A DNA stretch of 64,000 nt from Amoebophrya sp. A120. Its lineage: Eukaryota; Protista; Dinoflagellata. Below the pieces are notes generated by a model. That model was not told where the DNA came from, made no database searches, and saw only the letters and a list, made by a program, of their open reading frames with translations. The stretch lies in the NCBI GenBank assembly GCA_905178155.1, contig CAJINV010000021.1:912449-976448 (forward strand), in the 5' to 3' direction. Shown here piece by piece: positions 43,598 through 56,923 of this stretch; positions within the stretch are counted from its first letter, which is position 1; each line of letters opens with the position of its first letter. The translations under genes and the position numbers were made by a program.

Positions 43598-44679
43598 TAT
43601 TTTGAGCAAAGTGTAGGAGTAGGTTTCGGATCAGAAGGTCGCCATCTTCGACGTCATCTGATTTACTACTTGCAAAGCTGAACAATGGATGCTGGTGCTG
43701 GACTATTGTTCTAGTTGTACTACAGTAGCACAAATTCGCAGCAATAAACCCAAACTGCCAAAATCATGCTGCTGTAGGCGGAACTACGAGAATGCCAATC
43801 TGCTTTTTAACTTTGTTTTCATCGATCTAGGAAGGAGCGTAATGAAGATAAATTCAATATCAGTAACGTGGGGTCCTGGTGGTGGTTTTAGTACATCTTT
43901 CTTTTTGGTTAGTACATTTCAGATTTGGTACTGAACGTACCCCGCTCGTCCAGCAACTGGTGGTGCCACTCCTGTAATCATTAATATTCGACACAAACAC
44001 ATGCAATCAGGTCGATGGAAATAAGGACTCAGGTATTTACTCAGAATTACCATGTGATATCACATCCTGATCTTACAGTCAGAGGCATTTTTGAAACTCT
44101 CAGCACCCCTAGCAGGAGGGCGCGCTTTTGCTGCTAGGGACAACGAATAGTATAGGCTAAGAAGCGCCATTATAAAATCAGATGACTCGAGAACGCACGA
44201 AGCCGAATACAGGGGGTCGGGTAACTTCACAAAAAACCTGTGCCCGAAGCTTCAAGTGACCACACCCGCAGCCCCTTCGTATCGTGATCGATCTTGGTGC
44301 GGCACTTCGATTCGGATATGATGTTTTGATGTTTTCATCAATCGCGATGTTGCACTTGGCATTGTTCTTTTTGAGCACATGGGTGCACTCCTTGCGAAAT
44401 TGCAGGGACCTGTCAGTCTTGCAACCGTTGAAGAAATATTTCAAGCCCCCCGTGTGGTCAAGGGGCAAGGCCTCGCATGTTATTTTTACAAAAAAAAAAC
44501 CGACTATCAACGCAACATAGATAAATCTATTTCCTTCCTTGCCCTCACGGCGGTGTGCTACGCGGCTCCTTGGGAGCCAGATGTAGATTCAATTTTCTTC
44601 CTTACAAACCATCGTGGCTTCGCCCACGTGCTGCTTGCTTCCACGCGTCAACCAGGCAGGACGGACGAGCCGGCGCCGG

Positions 44680-46322
44680 TCAACGGCCATAATGAATCAG
44701 GCCCACTTCCTTGTGGAATTGGTTGACCAACTCTTCTACTGTCCGCCCGTACACCTGACCGTCGCCAACTTTTGCGTTTCCGGTTTTCCACAGATTAAAG
44801 TAGTCGTGTTGGACGCGTTCGAACTTTGGGAAGAAGTTTTCTTCGGCCGCCTCTACCTCGTCGAGCAATTTCTTCAGAAAGTCCAAGCTCTTTTCATGGT
44901 TCGTGGGGCCGCCCCTGTATGAAATGCAAAAATATCTTGGTCTGGAAGAACAATGCGCGATGTGTCACGCAGCTTTTCCATGACCCATGAGGTCTCGTCT
45001 GGAATGCAGGACCTAGCATGACAGATTCTGTGCGATCTCTCTCATCATGCCTATCCTGCATGAGAAACTCCCTCCCGACTTGGTCAAAACTGGACAACTT
45101 TTGGTAATCACGCAACACAGATTTTTGCATGCTTCAGATTTAGCATGACAAGTTGCATTGTTCCAGACCCAGACATTTTTACATGTGATACCGTGACCAT
45201 ATTGGAAATTTTGGATGGAATCATGGACTTGGCGACGGAGAGGATGCTCTCCGCCTCCTCGTGCTCCGCCAACCGCTCAAGTTGATGGAGGCCGCGCTTG
45301 ATGCTGCTAAGAGCCGCCTTAAAGCGGAGGGCGTCGTGTGGTGTGGCCACCTTCCCCTCATCCGTCTTCCAGTATTTTTTCTTGACATCAAAGAGCACCT
45401 CGCGCGATTTCGTCAACACGTCGTGTAACTCGGAGTGCACACGTTCCATCGTGGCGGGGGCGTGACAAGCTGAATGGAACCTGCCACGCTTTGCCCATTC
45501 CTTGTGCCCCGAAACCACTTCCAGCAAGGAGGCCTGTTCCGTCTTCTTGCCGGCAAAATCCTCCGGCGCCCCGGCGTCGATTTGACCGGTTGCGGAGACC
45601 TGCAGAGTTGCTGCCTCGTCGCTCGCCGCAGAAGCAGCAACAAAAGCTGTTATGCCGAGCCCCAGCCCTTTTTCGACTAACAGCGGACACTCCTTCTCGG
45701 TCAACTTCTCGCTTCCGTCCTGGTCCAGCGCGACAAAATCCGTAAAAAAGACCGCGCTGGTAGGCTGCCGCGACGTTCTCCGTCCGTTCTTCATACGTAC
45801 TACCACTCGCCGGATCCGTCAACACGGTCATCATCAGCTTCACCTGAGAAGTAAACGCGTACAAAAAATCCGAATGAAAATGAATGACCACACTGCAGCA
45901 ACACCAACACATCGATCCTGTTTATGGAGGTTATCAAAAAAAAATGCCTCACGTCGAGGAAGCAGCAGAGCAGTTAAAGCAAAGCGCTTCAGCAAGAGCA
46001 TCAATTACAATTTCATCACCTGCGGCTCCGGGTACCCAGCAGCGAGCAAAGCCTCCTTTTGCTGCGTCGCGTCGTGGTCCTTCTCGTTCATGAGGAGGTC
46101 GAGCAGGGCGGCCGTGTTAGCGGCGTCCGGGTGCGAAACCGTAGGCGGAGAATGCAGATTCGTGGTCGTCGTCGGGGGGGGGGGAATCTCCGCTGTCTCA
46201 GATTTTCCTCGCAAATTTCCCGAAACCGGAAGCACTTGGAAAAACGTGGCGAGAGGCCAGGAGAGGAGGCACGGGAAAACCGCCGTCTTCACGACGGAAG
46301 CCAGGAGGTGACGGCTTGCCAT
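44680..46322 (-). CDS. Hypothetical protein with hydrophobic N-terminus and an EF-hand-like loop; apparent frameshift near 45745
   Basis: MASRHLLASVV...PEPQ, GT-AG intron, VKLMMTV...; DQDGSEKLTEKE lies in an adjacent frame; element removal gives MVT|GGPTNHEKSLDF. Confidence 0.5.
44918..45190. mobile_element. Introner element, family G
   Basis: Direct repeat ccctg/ccgtg; body is a reverse-complement relative of 18341-18602. Confidence 0.9.
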
Positions 46323-47652
46323 TTTCAACAGGTGTAGTAGATTGATGAGACTGTGACTCACACTCACCGAGACCTACGGAATTGTACTTAATAGAATGTA
46401 TACGCTAGTCGTGTCTTGCTTTATGTTCATGGACTTTGGTCTAACTCTAGGGCCGGATCATCTGAGCCTGCGCCTGCTGCGGTGGCATTGCTTCTTTCTT
46501 TCCCTTGCAGTCAGATCGCGTCGCGCGGCTTCTGCATGTCAGCGACTTGATTCAGCACCAAGCGGGTGAACTCTTCCTCTCAATATTTTTCGCTCTCAGC
46601 ATGTGTAGGAGAGGATGCACTTTTGTAGGGACAGAAGGTCTTCAAACGCAATCAAAAAGATTTATCTTTATGAATCGAGAACAATAAGCCCAAACGTCGT
46701 CGGCGCACGCGCAATGCGATTTTGCGCATCTCCATTGAAGCAGCGACTTGTTTTTTTCATTTTTTGGGCATTGTAAATCGGGCGGGGTAGAAGTAGTACT
46801 TACATCTGGGTTATTACAAACGAAGTTGGAGAATCTCATCAAACAGTCTAATGAGAGCTTTCCCTGAACGAAGGCTCTTCCACCAGGACGAGAGAAAGTG
46901 AGCAGCACCTACGAGTACGAATTCTTTTTCATCGGAAAAGTCCAAAAGTCCTGTCGCATGACCCTTTTATCCGCTCCTCCACGAAGGAGCTTCCTCGCGT
47001 GTCGTGTCGCAGTAGCAAACTTACATTTTCACCCAAAGGGTCCGGGCGTCGGAGGATTTTTTGCTTTTGACTGTCAGTAAACACTTAACATCAACGTAGA
47101 AGTGAATGTAAAATCTGATAAAATTGAGAGGTGAGACTGTGATGACGACAACATTTAAAGTAAGTAAGTAAGTACGCAAAAACAAAAAGTGATAAGTATA
47201 GAGGTACATAAAAAGGCATTTACTCGGAGGAGTGAACCTAGTTTCTTAAAAATTTGCTGATAAACCTGCTTCGAGAGCCCATTTGTTCATGGTTCCGCAT
47301 TACTCCGCCGACATATTACAGTAGAAGTCGCTAAAAAAAACTTCAGCCCCTCTCAGCACACCGGACATTGGCTTGAAGTCCGTTTATTTTTCCGTCGTTT
47401 GGTCATCTTCTCGAAGCAGTACCTCTTGCGCGTTCTCCTAGCTTTGTTACCTGATTAGCGAATATTAGTCACAATGAAGATACAACGTATGAAAAAAACG
47501 CACAACGACAAAACACTGCCTAGCTTTATCTGTAGCAAGAACTTCTACGCATTATTCGATTTGACGAAAGTCACAGGTTGTACAGCATGAATTAGAGAAT
47601 TAATTCATTCTAAACAACTATATATTTATCTACCTTGTTCGAACTGTCAGGT

Positions 47653-48100
47653 CTACAGCTCTTCTCCGCCGCCGGACGACATCATCATCGTCTTGAATTT
47701 GGTCATGATGTACTATCCACTCCAAAAGTATCGCACGATTTAGCTGTGACGCATGACAAATCCTGTATCTTTACGTAAATCAGCATTACACATTACACTT
47801 TTCTTCTTTGCATTAAGATTTGTCATGCAATTTCCACTAGTAGTACGATACTTTTGCAATGCATATGTGCAGGAACACGACGATGACCATGTAGCTCAGA
47901 GCCATCACCAGCACCGTGACCGGCCCCACCTTCAACCCGGTGCCGTCCCCCTCGCTCGAGAACCGCAGCAAGTTGTTGGTCGGCTGTCCCGCAACGGTAT
48001 CCTTGCTCTTGCTCGCCTCCTGGCGCCCCGGGCGGCGACCGGCCGTTCGCAAACCGGCTCCGACGGCCAACCGTCCTCCAGCAGCAGGGGTGTCAGACAT
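47653..48100 (-). CDS. SEC61B: Protein transport protein Sec61 subunit beta; 2 exons
   Basis: LLRFSSEGDGTGLKVGPVTVLVMALSYMVIVVFLH|IMTKF matches the Sec61-beta signature GLKV.P..VLV.SL.F...V..LHI. Confidence 0.88.
47714..47865. mobile_element. Introner element, family B
   Basis: Direct repeat tgtac/tgtgc. Confidence 0.85.
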
Positions 48101-49273
48101 TTTTCGCTGGGTAGTTCGCGGACGAGCTAGTTTAGACCTACAAGTTGTAGCTAGTAGGATGAAAGAGTCTACTCTTCTTTGAAATAAAGCAAAATCTTCT
48201 ATCCCTAACGGCGTTCTATTGGTGTTCAAAACTGATGATGATTCTGGTCGGCTACACTGCGCCCTGTGACAAAATATTGGCACGAAATTCTTTACTTGTG
48301 GAAGTTTTTTCTTTCGTAAAATGGAAGGACCAGCGATGATCGGGTTTTTGTGCATTTTGTATTGTGATGAACCTCGTCGCAAGGTGAAACACAAACAATA
48401 GAAGTTGAAAGCGTTGAAGTCTCTTTGAAATGAGCTCCACCTGCACGCTTAACAGAATGAGTGCAAGCTTCGTTGTTTCGATCTTTTTTGGAATTTGCGT
48501 TCTTCTGATATAGCAAATTGAAAACTAAAGTTTTCTAATGCGGACGCGCATCAATTAGTAGTTGTATATGGGCATGGCGTAATTCCATATCATATTCATC
48601 AAATTGCTTCAAGTGCTGTTGAGGTCGCGGGCGCAATGCTGTTGCTGTATTTTTGGCTGTGTTAAGGATCGCTTTAATTTTGCGCAAGAACGACGCTGTG
48701 CTCCTCGTCGGTAATAGATCTTTTAGTGTTGAATATTTATACATCATCAAGAGCCAACGCGTGTAGAACATCTTCGCAAGACTGGCAGACGGATGCTGGG
48801 ACACCAGCGGACGAGCGGTGCACAACAAACTGCGCACCAATTATTGTAGCTCGCCACGTAGATCCCGACCAAATTTTGGGTCGCTGCCACCTACCAGTAG
48901 AGACAGCGAGTAGAGATCTATTCTACGGGGGAAAATACACATCAACTGGGGCGGTATTAAGGACTTAAAATCAATAGCGCACGACCAGGTTGCAGCATGC
49001 TGCTTCTAGGCGTTCTCTTGGGCGGCTGTAGTGCCATTCTTCAATCCCCCTTTATTTTCGCACTTGTCACAGAAGCAGTCCTCGGGTGAACTGATCTACT
49101 CATCAAATCCGGACGAGAGATCACACCGGCCACACAGCAAAATAACCCGTGTTCATCTACCTCCACCGGATCGGATTCGTCGTGACACGCAGGTTTCTAC
49201 TACGAAGCCCGACCAAGACATGCATGCTAGCTGAAGTTGGGGTAGTTGTCAACATCGTATCTTCTATTGAGTT

Positions 49274-49576
49274 TTACATCTCGGACCCGCCAGACCCAGT
49301 AGTGTCAAAGCGTGCGGAGACCTTGGAAATCTTGGCGAAGAACTGCAGGCAGAGGAGGACGATCATGAAGACAAAGGTGAGACCCAAAAACAGCGCCGGG
49401 TGAATTTTCGGCCCGACGCCGTCCTCGTTGTTGCCCGAAAACTTCTTTGTGCTCGCCCCGCTTCCCGACGTCGGGCCGGTCGACGTGCCCATGCGCTGCC
49501 GCCGCCCCGAGCGAACGCCACCAACCACAGCGGCGGCCGTGGCGCGACCCGTCGTTCTCGGTTCTTCCGTGGACAT
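49274..49576 (-). CDS. Divergent Sec61-beta-like tail-anchored protein, intronless
   Basis: 100 aa; R/G/S-rich N-terminus, KFSGNNEDGVGPKIHPALFLGLTFVFMIVLLCLQFFAK parallels the adjacent Sec61-beta. Confidence 0.6.
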   Translation of the reverse strand: MSTEEPRTTGRATAAAVVGGVRSGRRQRMGTSTGPTSGSGASTKKFSGNNEDGVGPKIHPALFLGLTFVFMIVLLCLQFFAKISKVSARFDTTGSGGSEM

Positions 49577-50335
49577 AGTGGATGTATTTTCTTTGCCTGT
49601 TGAGAGAAAATCTTTATTACAACGATGGCAATACTTGTGTCCTTCTACTAGTACAATGTCTCCATAACAAAAAAAAGTTTCTTGTCCTTCACAGAGGGCA
49701 CACAGAGACTACTGTACAGCACGCTGAAAAAAGCAAGAAAAAAAATCAGAAAATGAACATGGCATGATGTATCAAGTCCAAGTCGCGAATGAACGGAATC
49801 AAATCTTCAACGCCAATGGTGAACGAAAAGCAGTGCCATCGGTAGGTTTTCATTTGGTCTCGATCCAGTCCAATTGATCCTGTTCCTGATTGCAAGAAGC
49901 GCAGAAAAAATCCGGCTCTAGCCGGTTTCCTTAGTTCTTCATCTTCTTTTATTTCATGTTACGCCAAGATGAAGGTCCATGGGAATCTAATTTTAATTTA
50001 TCTTGAAGGGAACAACAAGTTGGTTCTACTTTTCTGTGATTGGAATTGGATTTTGCAGCACGTACAGAAAATACCAAAAACAAAATCCTCGTATTTTCCG
50101 GTGATTCATCATTTTTTTTCAGAGTTGAAATCGGACACAACTTGGAGCGGGTCTTTTCTGTGGGTATGAGTTAATATGGCTCTGCATGTATCTCGAATCT
50201 GTCTTATCTACGACCATCTTTCTGACAAAAACTTCTGTCTTATCAGATAAGTCCATGATCACATCTCAACATTGGATTTTTTCGGTCGTGCCCGCGCGCT
50301 ATTTCACTTTCAGCGGGTAACGATAATATCGTTAC

Positions 50336-53300
50336 TCACTTCGCTATCCCTTGCGGTTTCGAGGACCCACCAGCAGGAGCGTACCGTCCGTTTGGCATTC
50401 GCCGCCTCGTATTTGCAGTCTTTCTGTTTTGATGTCCCCGTTGTACAGTAACCCGAGTCGTGCTCCTGGCACTCTTCTGCGCCCCTTGCTTCTGTCCGCA
50501 GCGCCCCTGTAAGGCATTTTTTATCTCTACTCGGCCTGCTGAGGCCCGACCCGCGACACTGCCGGATCCACTGCCGCTCCCACTGGACCCCGGCGTGATA
50601 TCTTCGGAAGAAGAGTCCATATCTTCAAAAGGCATGTTCTTTGATGCAGAAGTTCCTGCGCCCCAATTGTTGATCATGATCTGCCGTTGGTGGTGGGAAT
50701 CGATCTTCGAATCTGGCAGGAGAAGGGACTGCTTTGGCTCTTGCGGGTCCCCCTGGAATGATTTCTCTCGGAGGTGCTCGTCTACGACCGCCATCTTCTG
50801 CATTGTAGTTCCCTGCATGATCTGCTGCTGATAGGTGGTTGGATTGAACCTCTCGCCAAAGTTGTTTGCTGGCTGCTGCTGTCGGCAGCTGTCAATGACG
50901 GAGGACTGGTGCAGCTGGTGCTGTTGCATATTTTTGCCGTGATTTTTTATTTTGCAACTTGCGACGCTACTTATTGGAGCGTAAGTGTAGACCGTACTGC
51001 CGTCTGCCAACTGCATTGGCATCAGTGCAGGCATGGGGTTTTGTTGATAGTGGTGCTGGTTATAATTTTGGCCGGGGGAAGCGTGGTTGTTGTCGTGTGT
51101 TGTCGTGCCGTTGTACTTCTCCTGATCTACTTGGCGACACAAGACGGAAGAGGACGCCGCTCCGCCACCGAAAAAAGTGCCATTTCCTGGCAACAGCTGC
51201 ACTGGTTGCTGGTGCAGCAGTAGTTCTGCTTGGCGATCCTGAGTTAGTTCTTGCCCCAGAAGCTCAAGCTGCTGCACTGCCACTGGTTGATGACCTTCTC
51301 CTCGTTTCCCACCCTCACTTCCTGGAAACAACATTGCTCCCCGCTCATGATCTGCGGTTCCGCGCCCGCCTCCCCCGGCGATATTCACGAGGACACCGCC
51401 TCCCGTGGCCTTGGTCGTGTTGTCCTTCTCCTTATTCTTGCGCTTAATGTTTAATTGTCCAGCGTCAACAGAAGCAAAATTCGGTGTATTTTTTTCAATC
51501 TTCGCTTTTTTGCTTTTCCGCTCTCGTCCAGCACTTCCAGAATGGTGTATCAAATATTCCTGATCTCGCGACCGCATGTAGTGCAACTGTGATAGGCCAC
51601 CGCCACGACGAGCATGAACATGATCTAGGTGCTCGCCCACTTGCAGCAGCTGCTGCTGTTCCGATTGTCTTTTCCGCGCCCACTCCTCATTTTTCCTGCT
51701 CTCGCTGCTCATAAAGTCGAGACACAGACTATCCACACTAAATTTATTCCCGTACTACCACACGCACAAAATGCATCGATAATTATTTGTTCTCCAACTT
51801 AGAGCATGTAGTTGCCACTTGTCATGCTAACTACTTAGGATCGAAGGCAAGCTTTGTCATGCAGAGACCGCGTTTGTCGGTCGTCGTCGTGGACAGGAAA
51901 TTTACTGTGGACCATACGGATCCTCCGTCGCCAGCTGGAAGGGCAACTCCGGGCCGCGGTACACGTCTGTGTTACGGATGCCCGCGGCCCGCGGAAACGG
52001 CCGGGACGGGTCCTTCCACCAATAGTCGGGAACAGGACTTATTTTTTTCCGTTTATTCGCAACATGTACATGAGGAGGTGCACCACCTTCTAGGTTGACT
52101 TCGTCTGTTTCCTGGTAGTTGTAGTTCACTAACATCTTCTTCTCATCATCTCTACTCTCGACGGCCGCTGCGCGCTCCTTGCGCTCGTGATAGCTAGACT
52201 CCAGCAGATTTAGAAAGGAGCTAAATTTGCTCAAAAATTTCGAACCCAGAGACGAAGATGAAGTGGTTGCACTTGTTGCCTGATCCCCCTCCGCAAGTAG
52301 AACATCAGCTTCGCCGCGGTGGGACGGCGGAGGCCCGTTCTTGGCCGCAGGTCCCGCAGTTCTCCCCAGTGTGGTGGTAACGGTATTTTCAGCTGGTTCA
52401 ACAGTAGACCCCGGCTGCAGCTCCCGCACCGGTGACAGAGATAATTGGGCCTGACGCTCTTGCTGCGGTCGTCGTGTGCCGTCATTTTGATGATGCGTCT
52501 CGGTTTGGTCTTTTCGCGCGGCGGTAGTTGTAATTTGCTCTGATGTTCTTGTTGAACATGTCCACCCTTTCGCGACCTCCTCGCGGAGTTCGAGTTGGTT
52601 GATGTGAAGGGAGAATGCGCTGCAAGAGTAATTATACTGCTCATTCTCATTGTAATCACGCATGACAGAAGAAATCGTGTTTCTATAGCCAAATCAGCAT
52701 TACAACTCCGAACTCCATGTCCATTTGTTTTTGTCCACCTTCTGAAAATAAACTGGTAACGCGATGTATTTATTACACTAGTGCGAAGATATAGTACTTT
52801 TGCAATCTGCATAGTAAGAAGTACTCCGTTTTCCGGAGCAGTTGCATGACCTGCAGGTCTTTGTCTGGCGGGGGAAGCCGATGGTCGGCCATCTTCTTGA
52901 AACTAGCCTTCCACTCTTCGATGGCGCGCTGCAGCCAGGGAAACGGGGCATGGATCACCTCAAACACAAAGAACTCCTGCTCGTCAGGTTGTAATTGCAC
53001 ATCTACTTCCTGCACCTGCTCGACGAGATGACCATCTTTGCCAGAAGTTTCTGCTGTCTCAGCTTCGCGCGGTGATGTGCTGGGCTTCGATCTTGGATAG
53101 ACAGATGCTTCTCTACTCTTCCCTGTGGTTGTAGTTGAGGTCGTGGCCACTTTAACATTTTTTTCTGGCAGCTGCGGATCGTGCTGCGCCAAACAACCCG
53201 AATCACAACCACGTTTCGTCTTAGGCACAACGATGTTCCTCCTTTTCGTTTTCCTCAACCCCACCGCTTCCCCGGTGATGTAGTCCCGGCCGGTCTTGAC

Positions 53301-53645
53301 CGCAAAGTCGTTGATATTTGCAAATTCGTAGGCGTGGCCGTGCGGCGTCACGGCCACCGGGTTCTGCATGAGGCAACCGGAAATGGGGCAGCAAAAGCCG
53401 GGCGGCGGGCTGTGGCGGTGACGCAACGCCGTGCGCAGCGCTCGCTCCTGGTTTATGTGTTCTTGCTCTTCTTCTGCTTGCAGCTCGTCAACTGGTTCGA
53501 GTTGGAGGTCGCGGAGGTCGCGCCTTAAGAACATTTGGGGGGAATCCGAACCACCGACCTCCACATGGCTGTTGCCGACACCGTTCCTCTGTGCTTCGTC
53601 ATGGTCATCCGTGCTCCCCGCACGACCCTCTACAAGTCGCTCCAT
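50336..53645 (-). CDS. U-box domain protein with long Q-rich low-complexity tail; 3 exons
   Basis: PPGFCCPISGCLMQNPVAVTPHGHAYEFANI...DYITGE...LQRAIEEW; the 51730 element joins the downstream ORFs in frame; the 52633 junction is unresolved. Confidence 0.65.
51730..51916. mobile_element. Introner element, family E
   Basis: tatccacactaaattt...aaatttactgtggaccata; flanks cagac/cggat. Confidence 0.8.
52633..52813. mobile_element. Introner element, family B, degenerate
   Basis: Right end tacttttgcaatctgcata; direct repeat gtaat/gtaag. Confidence 0.7.
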
Positions 53646-54215
53646 GCTGTTTCTCGGTGGAAGAGTAGCAAAGGAGACCACAGCACGAAAACAATTTTAT
53701 AATTCCGAGGAAGGGCAGGCAAGCGCAAGACCAAGGACAAATTCTCTTGTTCGTAGTTCTCAAATAGGTGCGGCTTTTAGGATTTTTGTCCCGGAAGCGA
53801 AACTAAAAGTACAAGTAGAACAAGCAGCACATGAAGAGGAACTTAGCAGTATACTATCACGTGAACCATGACAGAACGGAGGATACTGTACGCATACGAG
53901 AACAAATACATAAACATCTACATCCACATCTCAGAAGTAAGTATTCACATCAGAGCACTTCATCCACCGAATTGGGCGACGAGAAATTGTTTGAAGATGA
54001 GACAGGTGCAAATCGACCGGCAGCACCAGATGAACTTGAACATCAAAAACTTATAAACACATACACAACATCAAAGCGCTGCCTCCCGCTCCCAAAGTAG
54101 CGCTGCTTCCCGGGGGCGTGGTCTCTTTCAGTACTGCTATTCGTGCTTTTGTTTCGTGCATCTGTCTGCGTTTCGGTCTCACTTGAACTTCTATCTAAAA
54201 CGTTCGCCTTATCTA

Positions 54216-56923
54216 TCAGTCTTCGTGCTTGTACACGTGGGTTTGCGTTCCTTGGCTGTCGTAAAAGTGTATTTCGCGCAGATTCGGAATCGTGCCCCAG
54301 CAGGTCCAGTCGACTGCGCACCAAATGCGGCTCACCTCCACACGCGGATTGTACAGAGAAAACGCCCGACTGCTGCTGTGCGACGCCGCGCTGCTCGGGA
54401 ACCAGATTTATCCTGTGCAAAAGTTGTACCGTACTCGTATTGCAGCACTTTTCTGAAGCTAAATCCGCATTTACAAATTTTATTTCTCATGCTGAGGAAA
54501 TTTGTAATGCATGACTGCATTTATACGAGTACGATACTTTTGCAATGCATAATATTCGCGCGCAGTCGATTCCCTCGGTTCCCACTAACTGCACCACTTT
54601 TCCACTCTCAAAAACCGATGCACTGCTGGCGCAGGAAGAGCTAACGGCAAGATTCGTCGTTGCTCCCACGCTGTTGGAGATCCCACTTGCTGCTGCTGTA
54701 GTCGAGGTCGTTGTCGAGGCTGCTGTGGTCACTGCGGTGGACGAAGTTACGCTTGCGGTTCCTGAAAATTGCGCGGCAGTTAATAGTTCTGCTGGTGCTT
54801 TCGTTGTGTCGTTCATGTTCATGTTCATCTTCGTGCTCCCGCTACTATTTTTGTTTTTCTCAAGCAGCTTTTTAGGCTGTTCCTTCGCAAGCTCTGCTGC
54901 GTCTTCCTTCGCGACTTCAGCTTCGTCGTATGAGAGTGCACAACTCCCCCTCCCCCTCATTTGTCATGCAAAATACCTAATTTACGCCTTGGCTCTCGGC
55001 ACTGTTTGCATGACAAGTTCTGGCAGCCCAAATAGCACTACAATCCTGTCCAAATTTGTCATGCGAAATCTGTATTCTTGCTGGCGCTTGTATTGCTGTT
55101 CATGCAATACAAATGAGGGGGAGGGGGAGTTGTGCACTTCTATACGTCGCGCAACGTGAACCCCTTTTTCACCTTGAGCGTCTCGGTCACTTTTCCGAGC
55201 AGCTTGCTAAGGTTATCCTCGAGGAGAATCTATGAACTGCAAAAGTATCGCACTCGTATAAATGCATGACAAATTCCCTCAGCATGAGAAATAAAATTAG
55301 TAATGCGGATTTACCTTGAGAAAAAAATGCGTAATGCATGACTGCAATACGAGTACGATACTTTTGCACAGGATAGAACCTGAGGGGAAAATTCGTCCAC
55401 GTTCTCCTTCTTCGAAACCTCGCGCCACTCATATCCAAGAAAAAAACTAAGCGAGTGTAAATTTGTGATGCTGAATTATGTAGAACAGTTATCACTTGTC
55501 ATGCTGGACTTGCGTCATAAGCTACTTTGACTTTCATGATCCGCGTTTCCACTAATACTGGCTGCGCATGACAGGTTCCTTTGTTCCCGGTAAAAATGCA
55601 AAACGAATTTGTGATGCTGCTCTCCATAGAAAGTTACACTTACGCAGTTTTTTTCCTGGATGACTCAGCCTCGATCACCACTGACGAATCGTCTTGCATT
55701 GACTCGTCGGCTTCTACACATTTACCAGAGGTGGCACCAATTGTCGTCCTATCTTTATTTTTCATCGACAGCTGAGCAGTGGAACTAGAAGTACAACCTT
55801 CTTGTCTCTGCGCAAACTTCCGTCGCAATAGCAAGGCCCGTGGGTACTTCTGAATGAATATTACCAGCGTCGCGGAGCGTGAAACGCCCAGATTGCTAAC
55901 GCCACTCCCGGTGGACAGATTCCTTCCGAGCTTTAATGTTTGTTCCGCGGCGCTTGTTGTATATGTATCCCCGGCGGAGGAAACGGATTTTGTCTTTTCT
56001 ATCCTGTAGTTCTCTCCTCGTGGTCCACGACCATCCTGGACGTTTAATCGATCTGACGGACCTACTGCTGCACTTCCCCCTGCTTGCGACGGGCGGGTAG
56101 AAAAAGTGGTCGTTACGTGTGCGTCAAAGCTGCCGCTCTGTTGGTGCAGAAAAAACTGCTCGGAGGTCAAATCCGCCGGTGTCGGTAAGTACTCCTTCGC
56201 CATATAAAAGTGCACAACTCCCCCCCCCATTTGGATGCCATGAACAGCAATACAAACACCACCACACGTGGAGCCTCTGCATGACAAATGTGTGTGCTTA
56301 GTGTAGTACTCTTTGGGCTTCATCCGGAATTTGTCATGCAAACAGTGCCACAAGAAAGCAACAAATAACTGGATTTGGGTTTTTGCATGACAAATGAGGG
56401 AGAGGCGGAGTTGTGCACTGTCATACGCCAGCTCATTGATGTAGTTCCCGGCCGTTTTTACGTAGTCTGTCCAGGAGATAGTAGTTGCAATTTGGTTCAT
56501 TTCTCCGCCCTGCGCACCAGAATTATCGCCTTCGGTCGACGGCGACGTCCTATCTGCCTCGTTGATGACCTCTGCGAAGTCCTCGATTGCGAGCCAGTCA
56601 TCTTCCTCGTCGTAGTCAGTTTCATTGTCGTCTATAATTTTCTCAGCTGGTTGGGCAGAATTAACATCTTCTGCCAGCGCTCCACCGCCAAGCACGACAC
56701 TGCTAAGTTTCTGCAAGGGGCCCCTACTACACGCCGACAGTTCCTTCCTGTTGTGGTCCTTTGACTTTGATGTTCTCGCAGCTGCATTCGATTGTGCAGT
56801 CGGTGAGTACACGCGGATCGGCTGGATCAAACACCATCCAGGTTCGCCCTGCTCCGGTGGTGCAGTGTCGCCCTTCGAGGGGTCTTTCTCCTGACTACCG
56901 CTGCCGGTGTTCACGTTTCCCAT
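54216..56923 (-). CDS. Hypothetical protein with MG N-terminus (possible myristoylation); 6 exons
   Basis: Five element removals link the ORF segments, ending CAR|IWFPSSAASH...HVYKHED stop. Confidence 0.6.
54409..54551. mobile_element. Introner element, family B
   Basis: Direct repeat agatt/atatt. Confidence 0.9.
54929..55144. mobile_element. Introner element, family A
   Basis: Perfect direct repeat cgtcg. Confidence 0.92.
55231..55375. mobile_element. Introner element, family B
   Basis: Direct repeat gaatc/gaacc. Confidence 0.9.
55432..55662. mobile_element. Introner element, family H-like
   Basis: tatccaagaaaaaaact...agtttttttcctggatg; perfect direct repeat actca. Confidence 0.82.
56203..56425. 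mobile_element. Introner element, family A
   Basis: Perfect direct repeat cgcca. Confidence 0.92.

Noticed and set aside
44178-44510. Coding-like ORF downstream of the 44680 gene
   Set aside because: No ATG start, splice link or domain motif that I can support
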